DNA from: an uncultured Poribacteria bacterium
GTDB taxonomy: Bacteria; Poribacteria; WGA-4E; WGA-3G
NCBI GenBank assembly: GCA_951813565.1
Contig: OX638351.1
Coordinates: 352,001 to 416,000, forward strand
Length of the DNA stretch: 64,000 nt
Direction: 5' to 3'
In this document: positions 40,785 to 51,070 of the stretch, piece after piece
Layout: each line of letters opens with the position of its first letter
Numbering within the stretch: position 1 is the stretch's first letter
Translations under genes and position numbers: made by a program
Notes under the pieces: model-generated
The model's database searches: none
What the model saw: only the letters and a program-made list of their open reading frames with translations
Told to the model about the DNA's origin: nothing

Positions 40785-41663
40785 TTACGCTGCGTCTTTG
40801 ACTCTCTGAATCGCACCGTTGAGCGCGCGTCGCGTCAGTACGCCCACGAGATGTGTCCGCTGTTCCGCAGTGCCGCGCATATCGCTAATCGGGCGGGCAA
40901 TGGCTTGTGCAGCTTGTGCAGCTTCGTCAATAGTGGCATCAGAGATTTCTTTACCTGCGAGTAGCGCGCTGACCTCTTCAGCAAAGAGGGGTGTGGGCGC
41001 GACAGCGCCGAGTGAGACGCGGGCAGAGACAATACGTTGTTTTGCTTCATCCAGGACAACAGCGGCACCTGCACCGACGACTGCAATATCCATTTCGTTG
41101 CGCGGGATAAATCTAAGATAGTAGGAGCTGGAATTTTGCTGCGGTGCTGGGACTTTTATGGAGACAAGTATCTCACCTTTTCCGAGTACAGTCTGTCCGG
41201 GGCCAGTGCAAAAATCTTCAACAGGTATTTCGCGTTCGCCGTTTGGACCAGCAATGACACAGGTAGCGTTTAAGACAATTAGCGGCGGTATACAATCTGC
41301 AGCAGGCGAGGCGTTGCAAAGGTTGCCCCCTACCGCAGCGCGTCCCTGAATTGCGGTGCCTCCGATAATTTTAGTCGCATCTACTAAACCGGGATATGCC
41401 TCGCAAATGGCATCAACAGCATAAACCTCATAACACGGCACCGCTGCGCCGAGGGTCAACCCTGTTTTGGCGTCATAATCTAATACGTTGACTTCTGGGA
41501 TGGATTTGATGTCTATCATCCAGCCAAGCGTTCTTCTACCCTCTCTTGCTTGAACGATAAGGTCAGTACCACCTGCCAGGATTCGGGCATGGTCTCCCTT
41601 TTCATCAAGCAATGTAACAGCTTCGGATACCGTTTTTGCTGCAATATATTCAAATGCTTGCAT
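40785..41663 (-). CDS. Molybdenum hydroxylase FAD-binding medium subunit
   Basis: ILAGGTDL, VGGNLCNASPAAD. Confidence 0.95.
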   Translation of the reverse strand: MQAFEYIAAKTVSEAVTLLDEKGDHARILAGGTDLIVQAREGRRTLGWMIDIKSIPEVNVLDYDAKTGLTLGAAVPCYEVYAVDAICEAYPGLVDATKIIGGTAIQGRAAVGGNLCNASPAADCIPPLIVLNATCVIAGPNGEREIPVEDFCTGPGQTVLGKGEILVSIKVPAPQQNSSSYYLRFIPRNEMDIAVVGAGAAVVLDEAKQRIVSARVSLGAVAPTPLFAEEVSALLAGKEISDATIDEAAQAAQAIARPISDMRGTAEQRTHLVGVLTRRALNGAIQRVKDAA

Positions 41664-41822
41664 GGGCAACAATCTCCTTTCATTTTGATTTTGGAAAAAC
41701 TGTTATTTTTAGTTAGATTATACCACATATAAGAAAAGATGCAAGTTTTTTCGTTAGTGTCAACCCACATAAATTGGATATTTTTCAGAAGTTATGCTAT
41801 TCTTTAAAAAGAGGAGGGAACT

Positions 41823-42323
41823 ATGCGAAAATTGTGGATAAAGCGCACTGTGCAGATTTGCGGATGTGTTGTGTTCTGCTGTGTATTTGCAGTGGCACAG
41901 AAAAGTGAGGATCCTGTGAAGGAAGGCATTACTTTGGCGGACCTCGGTGTGACACCGGCACAAAAAACCCAAATTGATGCGATGTGGAAACTGAAACGCC
42001 AGAAACATATACAGGCAGTCAAAGATTTGAAAACCTTAAATCGATTTGTAAAAGATACGCTTATTGGTGAGAAAGAGATTAAGGAGACACTGAAGAAATT
42101 CCGAACAAAACGGAAGGAGATGCAGGATGAGATTGATAAGGCAGAAGAAGCGTTAATAAAGACTTTGCCGCCACGGGCACAGCTCCATCTGACAGTTTTA
42201 GGTATTTTGGATAACGGTTTACCACGCCGAACGACGAGGACACAAGCAGATAAAGAGGTAGGACAAAAAAATAGCGATAGTTCAACACCTCTTGAACAAT
42301 CGCCGGACAAAACATCGCAATAA
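41823..42323 (+). CDS. Secreted helical protein, possibly Spy/CpxP-like
   Basis: RBS GGAGG, signal peptide, LGVTPAQK motif, coiled-coil composition. Confidence 0.65.
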   Translation: MRKLWIKRTVQICGCVVFCCVFAVAQKSEDPVKEGITLADLGVTPAQKTQIDAMWKLKRQKHIQAVKDLKTLNRFVKDTLIGEKEIKETLKKFRTKRKEMQDEIDKAEEALIKTLPPRAQLHLTVLGILDNGLPRRTTRTQADKEVGQKNSDSSTPLEQSPDKTSQ

Positions 42324-42326
42324 AAA

Positions 42327-42402
42327 TGGTGGAGGATACCAGACTTGAACTGGTGACCCCTTGCATGCCATGCAAGTGCTCTCCCAACTGAGCTAATCCC
42401 CC
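42327..42402 (-). tRNA. tRNA-Ala(GGC)
   Basis: GGGGGATTAGCTCAG...CTTGC-AT-GGC-AT-GCAAG...ATCCTCCACCA, G3:U70 pair. Confidence 0.96.
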
Positions 42403-42476
42403 ACCTGATTTAACTTTTTTAATGATAACATATATCCGCATAAAAAGCAAATAAATTTGAGTTTTTCAAGAAAATC

Positions 42477-43310
42477 ATGAAAAATAGCGAAACTGATACA
42501 TTTTTTTATTTCGCAGATCAGCCAGATAGTGAAGTTGGACTCGCCATCGGTGCGTTACTTATTGCACAAAGCGAATATCCGGATGTTGTTATTGACGACT
42601 ACCTTCAGAAGTTAGGCGAAATGGCGGATGAAGTGCGGGAGAGGCTATCTGAAACGGCACCACCCCACGAACAGATTGCTGAGTATAATCACTATTTTTT
42701 TGCGGAAAACAGGTTCAAAAGAGAGATTGTCGGTTTTTACGATCCTGCTAACAATTATCTTAACGATGTCATTGATAGAATGACCGGCATTGATGTGACT
42801 CTTTATGTGCTTTATATTGAAATCGGTAGGAAAGCTGGTTTGCCGCTCTCCGCTATTAATGTGCCTTCTTTTTGCATTGTCAAGTATAAATTCAAGCATT
42901 TCGATATTTTCTTAGATTTAGGTGACGAAGGTCGGATTATATCAGAGGAAAGCCTCCGGGATAAATTAGAAATTGTATACGGTGAAGAGGCTGACCTACA
43001 GCGCAGATCGCTTAATGAAGATGCAAATAAGGAGACGTTAGCTCGGATTTTACGTAATCTGGCACGGATATATACTGATGAGAATGAACACGACAAAGCG
43101 ATTCAAGCACTCAAACGCATCACATGGCTTACACCACAATATATGACTCCGTATCGTCGCCTCGGGAACCTCTTTTATCAAGTAGGCAATTACAATGAAG
43201 CATTGACCGCTTTTGAGACATATTTAGATGGTATAGAGAGTCCATCAAACGAAGAACATGTCATTGAAAATATTCGGACGCTTCGCAGGATACTTGCAAA
43301 GATGAATTGA
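42477..43310 (+). CDS. SirB1-family (transglutaminase-like core + TPR) protein
   Basis: FYDPANNYLNDVIDRMTGI, LARILRNL, C-terminal TPR. Confidence 0.85.
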   Translation: MKNSETDTFFYFADQPDSEVGLAIGALLIAQSEYPDVVIDDYLQKLGEMADEVRERLSETAPPHEQIAEYNHYFFAENRFKREIVGFYDPANNYLNDVIDRMTGIDVTLYVLYIEIGRKAGLPLSAINVPSFCIVKYKFKHFDIFLDLGDEGRIISEESLRDKLEIVYGEEADLQRRSLNEDANKETLARILRNLARIYTDENEHDKAIQALKRITWLTPQYMTPYRRLGNLFYQVGNYNEALTAFETYLDGIESPSNEEHVIENIRTLRRILAKMN

Positions 43311-43349
43311 TACGCCTGAAGTTGTCCTAACAAAGCAGCCAATATAATC

Positions 43350-43540
43350 GTAGGTTGGGTAGAGCGATAAAAAAACAAGTTTTATCAAGTTTCTACGAAA
43401 AGTGATTCATTGCTATAGGCGTATTTAGTGTTGATTTGAACAATCAACTAATGTGGATATAAAAAGTGTTGGGTTTCGCTGTCGCTCTACCCTACAGTTT
43501 AAGGTCAATGTCCAAGGCGCAATGAATTGCGCGACTACAA
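43350..43540. repeat. REP pair/REPIN-like element
   Basis: GTAGGTTGGGTAGAGCG ... GGGTTTCGCTGTCGCTCTACCCTAC, same family as 624-861. Confidence 0.7.
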
Positions 43541-43609
43541 ACTTCACAAATGCCAAGAAAGTGACTTAGAATATCTAAACCTTATTTACTACTCCAACAG
43601 GAAGCAACG

Positions 43610-44434
43610 ATGGCTACATTAAACGAACGACTTGAGACATATAAATCTGATGGCTTCACCATCTTTGAAAAAGTTTTTGATGAAACACAGATGGAACTTT
43701 GGAAAGAGAAGCACCAAGAACTTTCTGCAGCGCATAATGGGCAAACATGGTTCGGCAACACGCTTGAATTAGCACCTGAACTGATGTGGCCCGCTGTTTC
43801 ACATCCTACTATTCTTGAATTCATAGAAAAGGTGATGGGACCTTTTGTGCAGTTAGACAACTTGACGCTTGCCGCGTTTGCATCAATTGAACCTGATAAG
43901 GCGAAAGGAAGAGTTTCAGGTTGGCATCGCGATCGGTGGGCGCATGTGCCTTTCACTGACGCGTATCATCGTCCCAATGCAATTAATGCTATTTCATACC
44001 TGCAAGACCTAACGCATGAGTTTGGTCCATTACGTGTCATTGTTGGTTCACACCGAAAACCGATTACTATTGAAGATGCTAACCGCGGAATACCGCATCC
44101 CGACGAAACCATTATCCACATGAAGGCAGGCGATGTCGTCATAACACATAACGGACTCATCCATTCTGGTACACCGAATACTTCTGGACAACTGCGTTAC
44201 TTTTTTAGTATCTACTATAACTTGACTTGGCTGAAACACACCGATCACCACACTGGACAGCATACACAAAAATTGCTTGAAGAAGCAAGAGCTGCAAACA
44301 ATCACCAACTAATGCGCCTCCTCGGTGTTGACGAGCAGCTCCAACCGCGATGTAACTCAGGCTTTCTCCAATCCGACGAAAAACGGTGGGAAGAATGGGC
44401 AACCGCAGACCGCGCCGCTATAAAGGAGAAATAG
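43610..44434 (+). CDS. PhyH-family Fe(II)/2-oxoglutarate dioxygenase
   Basis: GWHRD, GPLRVIVGSH, LIHSG. Confidence 0.9.
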   Translation: MATLNERLETYKSDGFTIFEKVFDETQMELWKEKHQELSAAHNGQTWFGNTLELAPELMWPAVSHPTILEFIEKVMGPFVQLDNLTLAAFASIEPDKAKGRVSGWHRDRWAHVPFTDAYHRPNAINAISYLQDLTHEFGPLRVIVGSHRKPITIEDANRGIPHPDETIIHMKAGDVVITHNGLIHSGTPNTSGQLRYFFSIYYNLTWLKHTDHHTGQHTQKLLEEARAANNHQLMRLLGVDEQLQPRCNSGFLQSDEKRWEEWATADRAAIKEK

Positions 44435-44437
44435 ACG

Positions 44438-45184
44438 ATGGCTGAAGTTCCTGTAGTGCCACCGACGCTCAACGTTGAACTCGACCACCAATTGCAGCAA
44501 GAGGTCAATTTTTTTCTAAAGTGGGGCTACCTTATTGTCAACGATGCCGCGAATCCTGAACAGATTGAGTCACTACGCAACGCGCTTGATGAAAGTTACG
44601 AGAGAAATAACAAAAGCCAATTCATCGGTGAACTGCTTGAAGAGGACGATAGGTTTGCATTTCTACTTGACAATCCGCCTGTGATGAAACGGATGGAAGC
44701 GATATTGGGGACGTGTGTTCAACTTCACAGTGCAACTGCTCGCATCACTGAACCGGGAACGCCTGACCAAAATTGGCATCGTGATGGGCCTTGGCCCGTT
44801 GATCCATTTGGAACGCCCTATGGGTCTCTCCCTGCTCAGATAAACTGTGGATACTACCTTGACGAAGTCACTGACGAAACAGGACCAACCGTTGTTCAGC
44901 CCGGCAGCCATCGTGCTCCATTCCGTCCACCCCCAAGTCCAGTCCAGCTTCCTGATGAAAAACGCGTGTTAGTTTCTCCAGGGCAAGCAGTGATGTTTGA
45001 TGGATGGACGTGGCATCGCGGTGCCGCAAACACTTCTTCACAACGCCGACGTGTTTGTTTGATGTGTTATCAAAATGCGTGGATGAAATCTCGCGAACCG
45101 TTTAATGGACCGCGCGTCACACGACTTCGTGAAGAAGGAACACCGCAACAAAAGTTATTGCTTGGTGCAATTCCAAAATGGTAA
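44438..45184 (+). CDS. PhyH-family Fe(II)/2-oxoglutarate dioxygenase
   Basis: NWHRD, PGSH, WHRGAAN. Confidence 0.9.
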   Translation: MAEVPVVPPTLNVELDHQLQQEVNFFLKWGYLIVNDAANPEQIESLRNALDESYERNNKSQFIGELLEEDDRFAFLLDNPPVMKRMEAILGTCVQLHSATARITEPGTPDQNWHRDGPWPVDPFGTPYGSLPAQINCGYYLDEVTDETGPTVVQPGSHRAPFRPPPSPVQLPDEKRVLVSPGQAVMFDGWTWHRGAANTSSQRRRVCLMCYQNAWMKSREPFNGPRVTRLREEGTPQQKLLLGAIPKW

Positions 45185-45232
45185 TGCAAATAGTAGGCAC
45201 AATCCTTGTGCCGTAACCAACGGAGAAATTAT

Positions 45233-46687
45233 ATGAATATCGCTTACATTGTTATTGACACACTACGCTATGATCACATCGGGGCAAATGGCAACGATTG
45301 GATAGAAACACCGAATATTGATCGCTTTGCATCTAAAGCGTGGGTTTATGATCGCGCTTTTTGCGCCAGTTTTCCGACTATCCCTTATCGTACCGATGTT
45401 ATCACGAGTCAATACGGTGCACCTTTCCATCCGTGGAAACCTCTAAGACATGAACGGCAGACATTACCGTGGACACTTGCACAGCGCGGATATGCCACAC
45501 AACTCATTCACGACACACCACATCTTGTCAACGGCGGACATAACTTTGATTGGCCCTTTCACGCATGGACATTTGTCCGTGGTGCTGAAGTAGATCGGGA
45601 CTGGATTATGGATACCGTTCCGTGGCCAGAAAATTGGGTTAAGGAAGCCCTTTTTGATAGTCTTGATGATGGGGCATTTCAATCAAATATGCTCCGAAGT
45701 TATGCGCGTGCCAACCGAAATCGTAAAAAATTGGAAGATTGGAACTGCGCCAAGCTTTTTAACACAGCTGCGCAATTCCTCAAAGACAACGCAAAACGAG
45801 AGAATTTCTTCCTTTGGGTAGATTGCTTTGATCCGCATGAACCGTGGGATGCCCCACCCGAATTCATGAAAAAATATGACAAACGTCCCGACTACGATGG
45901 CAACATTGACCCTCGCAGTCTCGGTAGTAGAAACAACAATAATCTCTCTGATGAGGCGAGACAACACATCAAGGCACAATATTCTGCGAAGTTAACATGG
46001 ATGGATCACTGCTTCGGACAATTTTTGGATGCGCTTGAATCCACTGGACTTGATAAAAATACTGCTGTCATTTTAACAGGCGATCACGGCACGAATGTCG
46101 GTGAACGCGGTTCGTTTGGTAAAGGACAACCTGTGCGTGAACAGGAAGGACACGTCCCGCTTTTTGTCCGTTTACCAGAAGGAGATTCAGGCCGTAGCGA
46201 CGTTATCGTTCAACCGCAGGATTTCTTCCCGACTATTTTGAGTATTCTTGGCGAAGATTATCCAGAAGGTATTGAAGGACACGATTTTGTAACACCTGCT
46301 CGCGAAGGAAAATCAGGTGAAAGAGAACTGGCACTATCAGGAGGAAGCGTTGAGAGATGGAAACAAGCATCAAATAAAGAAAAATTCATCCTCTTTACCG
46401 CTTTTGATCAAGACTGGAGTTTAGAGGTTGCAGCAAAACCTGAAAATTCCAAACTTGTCAAACTCGGTGAGTTAGAGTACGTTCAGGATCAGCATCAGGA
46501 TATCGTAGCGGAACTACATGCTGCCGCTGTTGATGAAATAGAACGCCGCGGCACTGATCCAGCACTCATCGCGTGGCTCCGAAGTGGTGGGGAGGACGCG
46601 TTTCCTGAAAACCCAAATTATTGGGATGGATATCCTGGTCCTGCTGGGTTTCGCCCCTATTTCGGAAAACTCTATTCTGGAGAGTAG
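45233..46687 (+). CDS. Sulfatase-like hydrolase (alkaline phosphatase superfamily) with TxPxR motif
   Basis: IVIDTLRYDH, PTIPYR, FDPHEPW, TGDHG. Confidence 0.88.
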   Translation: MNIAYIVIDTLRYDHIGANGNDWIETPNIDRFASKAWVYDRAFCASFPTIPYRTDVITSQYGAPFHPWKPLRHERQTLPWTLAQRGYATQLIHDTPHLVNGGHNFDWPFHAWTFVRGAEVDRDWIMDTVPWPENWVKEALFDSLDDGAFQSNMLRSYARANRNRKKLEDWNCAKLFNTAAQFLKDNAKRENFFLWVDCFDPHEPWDAPPEFMKKYDKRPDYDGNIDPRSLGSRNNNNLSDEARQHIKAQYSAKLTWMDHCFGQFLDALESTGLDKNTAVILTGDHGTNVGERGSFGKGQPVREQEGHVPLFVRLPEGDSGRSDVIVQPQDFFPTILSILGEDYPEGIEGHDFVTPAREGKSGERELALSGGSVERWKQASNKEKFILFTAFDQDWSLEVAAKPENSKLVKLGELEYVQDQHQDIVAELHAAAVDEIERRGTDPALIAWLRSGGEDAFPENPNYWDGYPGPAGFRPYFGKLYSGE

Positions 46688-46717
46688 TATTTCCTACATG
46701 GCTACAAAAAGATTTTG

Positions 46718-46745
46718 CTGGCGAGTCTTATCCTCGCCAGTTTTT
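46718..46745 (+). terminator. Rho-independent terminator
   Basis: CTGGCGAG-N7-CTCGCCAG-TTTTT. Confidence 0.8.
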
Positions 46746-46772
46746 ACTTACACACCCGCCCTTAGCGCATCG

Positions 46773-46801
46773 TTGACTTTTTTTCTTAAAAATATTACTA
46801 T
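46773..46801 (+). promoter_or_regulatory. Sigma70-type promoter
   Basis: TTGACT-N17-TACTAT. Confidence 0.6.
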
Positions 46802-46867
46802 GTTTACAATTGAATATACAGCAGCATAGTTTATTATTTTCTCTAAAACATAGAAATAGGAGATGTT

Positions 46868-47725
46868 ATGAACACAGAATCAACGTCGCAAGAACGGCGT
46901 TTTGGCTTGAGCGCAGAAGAACTTTCATTTTGGAACGAAAATGGTTATCTCGTCCGTTTAGATGTATTTACCGCTGAAGAGAATGATGCACTTCGCCAAG
47001 TTGCAGAAGATATTGTTGACGGGAAACGCCCGTTTCCCTCCGCACACATTGATCAGAACGCACTCGTCAGAGACGGGAAAATTGAGGAGCAGGGTATTTA
47101 TGCGATGCACAAGATTCATCATCCAAGTTGTTACTGCCCAGAATTTCTTGCACGTGTGCGTGATACGCGTCTAACCGACCCGCTCGTTGATATGATAGGG
47201 TCAGATATCCTTGGTATCAACAATCTGTTTATCTGGAAAGCACCTAAGATTGGACTCGGTTTTCCTTGGCATCAAGATAAGTTCTATTTTCGGAATAGGT
47301 TTAATACGAAGACGACTATCGGGACATGGACGGCTATTGACCCAGCGGACCGTGAGAACGGTTGTCTTTACGTTATCCCTGGTAGCCACAAAGGCGATAT
47401 TCATGAACATGATGACCTTGAAGGTTCACAACAGCGTGAATTTAAACTGGCACGAGGCGCACGCGATGAAGATGGTGTTGCTGTGGAAGTGCCGCCCGGT
47501 GCTGTTGTCTGGTTTCACAGCCATCTTCTGCATAAGAGTACGGACAATCATAGTCTTCGGTTTCGGCGTAGTTATGTTTCTCATTATCTAAGTGCACAGG
47601 CAGAATGGGCAAAAGGGGACGGAACATATAGAGGGCAACCTGTGATGTGGGTTCGCGGCAAGACTTTTCCGGATAAGGTGCATGAAATTGAACGTGATGT
47701 ATTGCCTGTTCCGGAATCTGAATGA
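46868..47725 (+). CDS. PhyH-family Fe(II)/2-oxoglutarate dioxygenase
   Basis: PWHQD, NGCLYVIPGSH, LLHKS. Confidence 0.92.
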   Translation: MNTESTSQERRFGLSAEELSFWNENGYLVRLDVFTAEENDALRQVAEDIVDGKRPFPSAHIDQNALVRDGKIEEQGIYAMHKIHHPSCYCPEFLARVRDTRLTDPLVDMIGSDILGINNLFIWKAPKIGLGFPWHQDKFYFRNRFNTKTTIGTWTAIDPADRENGCLYVIPGSHKGDIHEHDDLEGSQQREFKLARGARDEDGVAVEVPPGAVVWFHSHLLHKSTDNHSLRFRRSYVSHYLSAQAEWAKGDGTYRGQPVMWVRGKTFPDKVHEIERDVLPVPESE

Positions 47726-47749
47726 TATTTTGCGATGGGAGCGCAACTA

Positions 47750-48196
47750 CTAAGCTGCCGCAGGATGGACAGCGGTAATTCCTTCCAGAGCATAGCGGAT
47801 GAAGTCTGCCGTGTTAAAGGTCAAGATACGTTCTACATTATGGGAAATCATTGATACCACTAACCGTGCATCGTGAACTTTAGTGCCTAACACTTTGTGT
47901 TTCACAACAAGCCGTCTCCATTCGGAATACATTTCGGGTGAATCTGGCATCAAAGGGAAAAGTTGTTCCAATTCTTACAAGAACTGTTCTGTTTCAGATG
48001 GTGGACGCCCGAGACATTCTTTTACATTAGTAGGGGGAGTTGATAAGTTCCAAAATTCCGCTAAATTTTGCGATGTCGTCAGTAGTTGGTGACCTGCTAC
48101 TTTCAATTTTTGCAACTGCATCTTGAACAATTTATAATTTGGATTATCAGGGTGTGAAAATGGCACCAAAACGTCGGTATCAACGAGATAAATCAT
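47750..48196 (-). pseudogene. vapC: VapC/PIN toxin with in-frame TAA at 47975-47977
   Basis: YLVDTDVL...NLAEFW...EQFL*ELEQLF...VHDARLV...LTFNTADF; the two ORFs are in the same frame. Confidence 0.85.
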
Positions 48197-48435
48197 AATT
48201 TTGGATGACCTTCGTATATGCTTTCGCGGCTAATTGCGTAATCGGATAACGGCTTGGCATCAGGACGGTCAAATTTTCTTGATAAGTCTGCGAGTCTCTG
48301 TAATGCAGCTTTGAACTCCTCATGTGATAACTGTTGATTGTTGTCTGTTAACGGCACATCCGTACTTTCAGGAATCTCTATAACTCGACCACTATTAGAG
48401 TAAGTATAAATTGCCATTGTTTTTTTCCTTTTCAT
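48193..48435 (-). CDS. Putative antitoxin
   Basis: Overlaps vapC start by 4 nt; LSDYAISRESIYE tail. Confidence 0.65.
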   Translation of the reverse strand: MKRKKTMAIYTYSNSGRVIEIPESTDVPLTDNNQQLSHEEFKAALQRLADLSRKFDRPDAKPLSDYAISRESIYEGHPKL

Positions 48436-48698
48436 GACGAATTCACGTCCGTATTTATCTCCTCATTTTGCTCTTTTTCCTGCAATCCTGCTCTCGCTTG
48501 TTGATATCAATATCAACTTCTTCTAAAACTTCTGGTTGAATTTCGTTAGGGAATCTAGCTAATCATCTTTCCGATCCACTCAAAAATATACTGCAGATCA
48601 TTCACACCATTCGGTTAAAAACGATGCCGTGTTTATCAATTGTGACACAATATTGAGTTTTTAGCCATTCCAAAGATAAACGGGAAGGGTGTGTAAAA

Positions 48699-48727
48699 TT
48701 GCAAAACACTGCTAAATGTGGTATAAT
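48699..48727 (+). promoter_or_regulatory. Sigma70-type promoter, probably leaderless
   Basis: TTGCAA-N17-TATAAT with extended TG, 6 nt before ATG at 48734. Confidence 0.7.
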
Positions 48728-48733
48728 AGTGAT

Positions 48734-49099
48734 ATGAAAGACTACATATTGCTATTTTTCAACGTTTTATTGACTGTTATGGGGCAAATCTTACTAAAAC
48801 AGGGAGTCAGTAAGGTAGGCGTTATCAAATTTCGAGAATTAGTGCCAAAACTAACACAGGTAATATTGAATCCGTATGTTATCGGTGGTATTTCGGTCTA
48901 CGGTTTTACAACATTTGTCTGGCTCGTTATTCTTTCGCGTGTTAAGCTCAGTATTGCTTACCCAATGTTGAGTTTAGGATATGTCCTGACAATACCATTT
49001 TCATGGTTGTTTTTCAAAGAATCTATCCCCAAAGTTCGTATTATCGGTGCGATTATTATCTGTATCGGTGTTTATCTTGTTGCGCAAGGAGAAACATAA
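48734..49099 (+). CDS. SMR/EamA-type small membrane protein (ArnE/ArnF-like)
   Basis: GQILLKQG, LSIAYPMLSLGY, four TM helices. Confidence 0.85.
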   Translation: MKDYILLFFNVLLTVMGQILLKQGVSKVGVIKFRELVPKLTQVILNPYVIGGISVYGFTTFVWLVILSRVKLSIAYPMLSLGYVLTIPFSWLFFKESIPKVRIIGAIIICIGVYLVAQGET

Positions 49100-49567
49100 T
49101 TGATGCGAGAGCCAGCATCTAATCTTCGCTCAAATAACATTTCTGAAGATAGACAGGACCAGCCTATTCCAGCCCGATCTTATTCTGCGATGATATTGTC
49201 TGTAATTCTTCCCGGACTTGGACAGATATACTTAGGACGATTCATGAAGGGTTGTATAATTTTATTTGTATTTGCTTTAGCAATTGCGCTCTTCTATCTC
49301 AACTCATACCCGGTGAAAGGATGGCGCGATTTAGCACGATTTGGACCCGCTACGCAAGCTGAAACTTCGACTAATGACAACGCAGATGCTGAAATAGATT
49401 CCGAACGTTCAATTCATCTTTGGACACTTGATAGTGGGAAAAAGTTGATGTTTCGCCCTTCTTGGATCCTAAAAATCACTTCCTCTATCCAAGCGATAAT
49501 ATGTTGGATATATGCAGTAAGTGATGGATGGCGTGGCAGAAGTAAATTCAGAGGACCTGAGTTTTGA
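49100..49567 (+). CDS. Hypothetical membrane protein
   Basis: LSVILPGLGQIYLG motif and TM helices. Confidence 0.75.
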   Translation: MMREPASNLRSNNISEDRQDQPIPARSYSAMILSVILPGLGQIYLGRFMKGCIILFVFALAIALFYLNSYPVKGWRDLARFGPATQAETSTNDNADAEIDSERSIHLWTLDSGKKLMFRPSWILKITSSIQAIICWIYAVSDGWRGRSKFRGPEF

Positions 49568-49650
49568 GTAGACGAGATCAAGGGTTATGTTTTCCCTTAC
49601 ATATTTCTAAATACAAACTACCAAATTAACATCACCAAGCGCTGCTAAAA

Positions 49651-51021
49651 ATGATTGATTGGCGCGTTATGCTTATTACAAAACTCAAAATCAAACTGAA
49701 TTGTTTTTTGACAATTTTATGTAGTATTTCTATTGTGCTGCTTGGATGTCAATTTAACTCCTTGAAAAAGAGCGAGGAGTTTCTGGATAGTGGGATGCCA
49801 CAAGAGGCAGTAGAGAAATTGGAGGCTTTTATAGAATCGTCACCTCAGAACCCAGAGGCACGGATGCTGCTCGGAAAAGCGTATAATGAAATAGGGCGTT
49901 ATAATGATGCTATTGGGCAATTCCAAAAGGCTTCACAACTTTATACTGCACAACCAGAAAAACGGATGAATGCCCGTCTTGAATCGGCACGTACCTACCT
50001 CATATTTGGTGATAGAAAGACCGCTTTTCGTATACTCAACATCGTTCAAAAAGGCACTTCAGATTCCAAAATTTTACAAAAAATCATAGAACTGGCAGGA
50101 GATAGTTATAAGACAAAACAACTTACCCGTGGTAATTACGATAACTATTCACCTATCTTCTCCCCGGATGGCACACAAATTGCTTTCTCATCTTTTCGTC
50201 TTGATAATAGTGATATTTATTTGATGGATTTGGAGGGACAGATTCAGCGGCGTGTAACATTTACAACGGATTTCAACGACAGCTCACCTGCATTTCTAAA
50301 GACTCCTAATTATATTTTTTATAGTAGTGAACCCAAATCGTCAAGAGAAGTTAAAATAGTCCTTCAAAGTAGTGGCTCAACCCCGATTTACACAGGTTTT
50401 AACATAACACATATCCACAGCAAAGTTACTCGTCCTATTATACCCATCAGTTTTGGCGCACGCGTACCACGATCCTCTCCTTCAGGAAACCAGATAGTTT
50501 ACGAATCAAATACTGACGGCAACTTGGAATTGTATTTTCTTGATTTAAACGGACTCGACCTTACACAAATAACACCTGAGAAAGTCAATCCGAAACGTCT
50601 TACACACAATGAAACTGACGAAGGAAGTCCTGCCTTCTTTCCAGACGGGAAACGTGTTGTGTTTGTTTCCTCACGAAATGAAGTACATCAACTCTATACA
50701 ATGAATATTGACGGACAAAACGAAAAACATTTTAATCCAAACCGTTATGATTGTTACAACCCTACAGTGTCGCCAGATGGAAAAACAATTGCCTATGTGT
50801 CAGCAAGAGATGGTGACTGGGAAATCTATTTGATTGATACGAATGGAAAAAATGAACGTAAGATCACAAGTGATATCGGCAGGTCTATCCAACCCACATT
50901 TTCCCCGGATGGGCGTTACATCGCTTTTGTTTCCGATAGAAGCGATAACTTTCACATCTATCTAATGGATCTAAAAAAACCTGTTACTCGCGAGGATTTA
51001 GTGAAACGTTTGCAAGAGTAA
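49651..51021 (+). CDS. TPR + TolB-like (PD40) lipoprotein
   Basis: Lipobox LLGC, TPR, repeated P.FSPDG..IAFVS.R. Confidence 0.88.
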   Translation: MIDWRVMLITKLKIKLNCFLTILCSISIVLLGCQFNSLKKSEEFLDSGMPQEAVEKLEAFIESSPQNPEARMLLGKAYNEIGRYNDAIGQFQKASQLYTAQPEKRMNARLESARTYLIFGDRKTAFRILNIVQKGTSDSKILQKIIELAGDSYKTKQLTRGNYDNYSPIFSPDGTQIAFSSFRLDNSDIYLMDLEGQIQRRVTFTTDFNDSSPAFLKTPNYIFYSSEPKSSREVKIVLQSSGSTPIYTGFNITHIHSKVTRPIIPISFGARVPRSSPSGNQIVYESNTDGNLELYFLDLNGLDLTQITPEKVNPKRLTHNETDEGSPAFFPDGKRVVFVSSRNEVHQLYTMNIDGQNEKHFNPNRYDCYNPTVSPDGKTIAYVSARDGDWEIYLIDTNGKNERKITSDIGRSIQPTFSPDGRYIAFVSDRSDNFHIYLMDLKKPVTREDLVKRLQE

Positions 51022-51070
51022 ACTTAATACTTTTTCAGTGACCTAATAGGGTAACCGAGGAGATTAAAAC

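Noticed and set aside
37923..41663. Aerobic CO dehydrogenase (coxMSL)
   Set aside because: Gene order fits, but the large subunit has PYRAPG, not the AYxCSFR or AYRGAGR motifs; substrate unknown
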